From Octopus sinensis (taxonomy: Eukaryota): a DNA stretch of 64,000 nt. Positions 63,106-64,000 of the stretch are shown here, one piece after another. A program made the position numbers and the translations under genes. The notes beneath the pieces are model-generated. The model saw only the letters and a program-made list of their open reading frames with translations. It ran no database searches and was not told the DNA's origin. The stretch is taken from positions 18,538,001 through 18,602,000 of the forward strand of contig NC_043020.1 of the NCBI RefSeq assembly GCF_006345805.1, written 5' to 3'. The stretch's first letter is position 1, and every line of letters starts with the position of its first letter.

Positions 63106-63631
63106 GACTCAGTGATAATAAAAAGACTGAAAGGAGGTCTGCAATCAAATAACTTTACTCAACACTTTGCAAATGAATCAGTGGAGGCAAAGATGCCTCT
63201 CATTTACTTGACAATTTATGCACAACGTTGCAGAAATCACAATGTAAGTGTATGTCAAAGCAAACTGTTACACTGTTGTACCATTGAATTACAAAAATGC
63301 TCATCTTTTATGCTCGGGTAACCCTACATCTTCCAAGAGTACAACTGTATTCGTCTTTGCTTAGATAAAATGACGAAATTGTGGGCGTTAAGTCCCCATG
63401 GAGGGGTCTTTCTAACTTGTAAGAAGATGAAATTTTATAAATATTACTTCATGTGTGTCTAATATCTATGGTTAAAATTTCATCAGCAGCAAAAATATAT
63501 GAAGTGGCATGCGAATTATGGCCCTTATGCATAGAATATAATTTCCAAATTTCATAAAGATCCATTCAGTACTTTTGACTTAGTTTTGGATCATGAAAGA
63601 AATTACTAAAATTTGGGAGTTATATATATAT

Positions 63632-63721
<90 letters not shown>

Positions 63722-64000
63722 CACACACACACATACAAAGATAAATTGATAGATACAACTGAGTGGGCAAACAAAAATATGAGCCACAGCCTAGTGCTTT
63801 TTTTATTTTGATAAGCCTGGTACTTATTCTATTAGCTTGTTCTTGTGAAACCAGTAAATTATGGGGATTTAAATAAATGAACAGCACTTGTGAAACAGTG
63901 ATGAAAGCGAAACAAAGAGACAAAGACACACACATACACTTACATATATACATACATATATAAATATATACGATTGATTTGTTTCAGTTCCTGTCTACGA

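Overview
AT-rich, microsatellite-saturated eukaryotic genomic DNA with two 100-N scaffold gaps. The SINE repertoire and (TA)n/(CA)n/(TACA)n density look like an octopus or other coleoid cephalopod (inference, not verified). Host genes: (i) the last coding exon of a TBC1D22-family Rab-GAP on + (3..119) with its 3'UTR; (ii) a convergent, multi-exon minus-strand gene for an unidentified coiled-coil protein. Four of its exons chain in phase with canonical splice sites (22139-22014, 19566-19442, 17304-17166, 14840-14718) and several more are probable. The rest is mostly transposon-derived: three tRNA-derived SINE families, mariner and Tc1 remnants, Helentron/Lep1-like elements, RTE LINE 3' ends, a Penelope-like GIY-YIG fragment, palindromic repeats carrying type I hammerhead ribozyme motifs, and Tx1/L1-clade LINE pieces. 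Most notable observation: two diverged Tx1-like LINE 5' halves (40543+ and 47065-) both begin within about 2 nt of the same position in the anticodon-loop region of the same SINE head. This suggests a SINE/tRNA-targeting site-specific LINE, or a SINE-head/LINE chimera. One copy also carries four short stem-loops, one pair showing a compensatory change, just after ORF1. Most ORF-track entries are microsatellite artefacts. Repeat boundaries were read by eye and are approximate.
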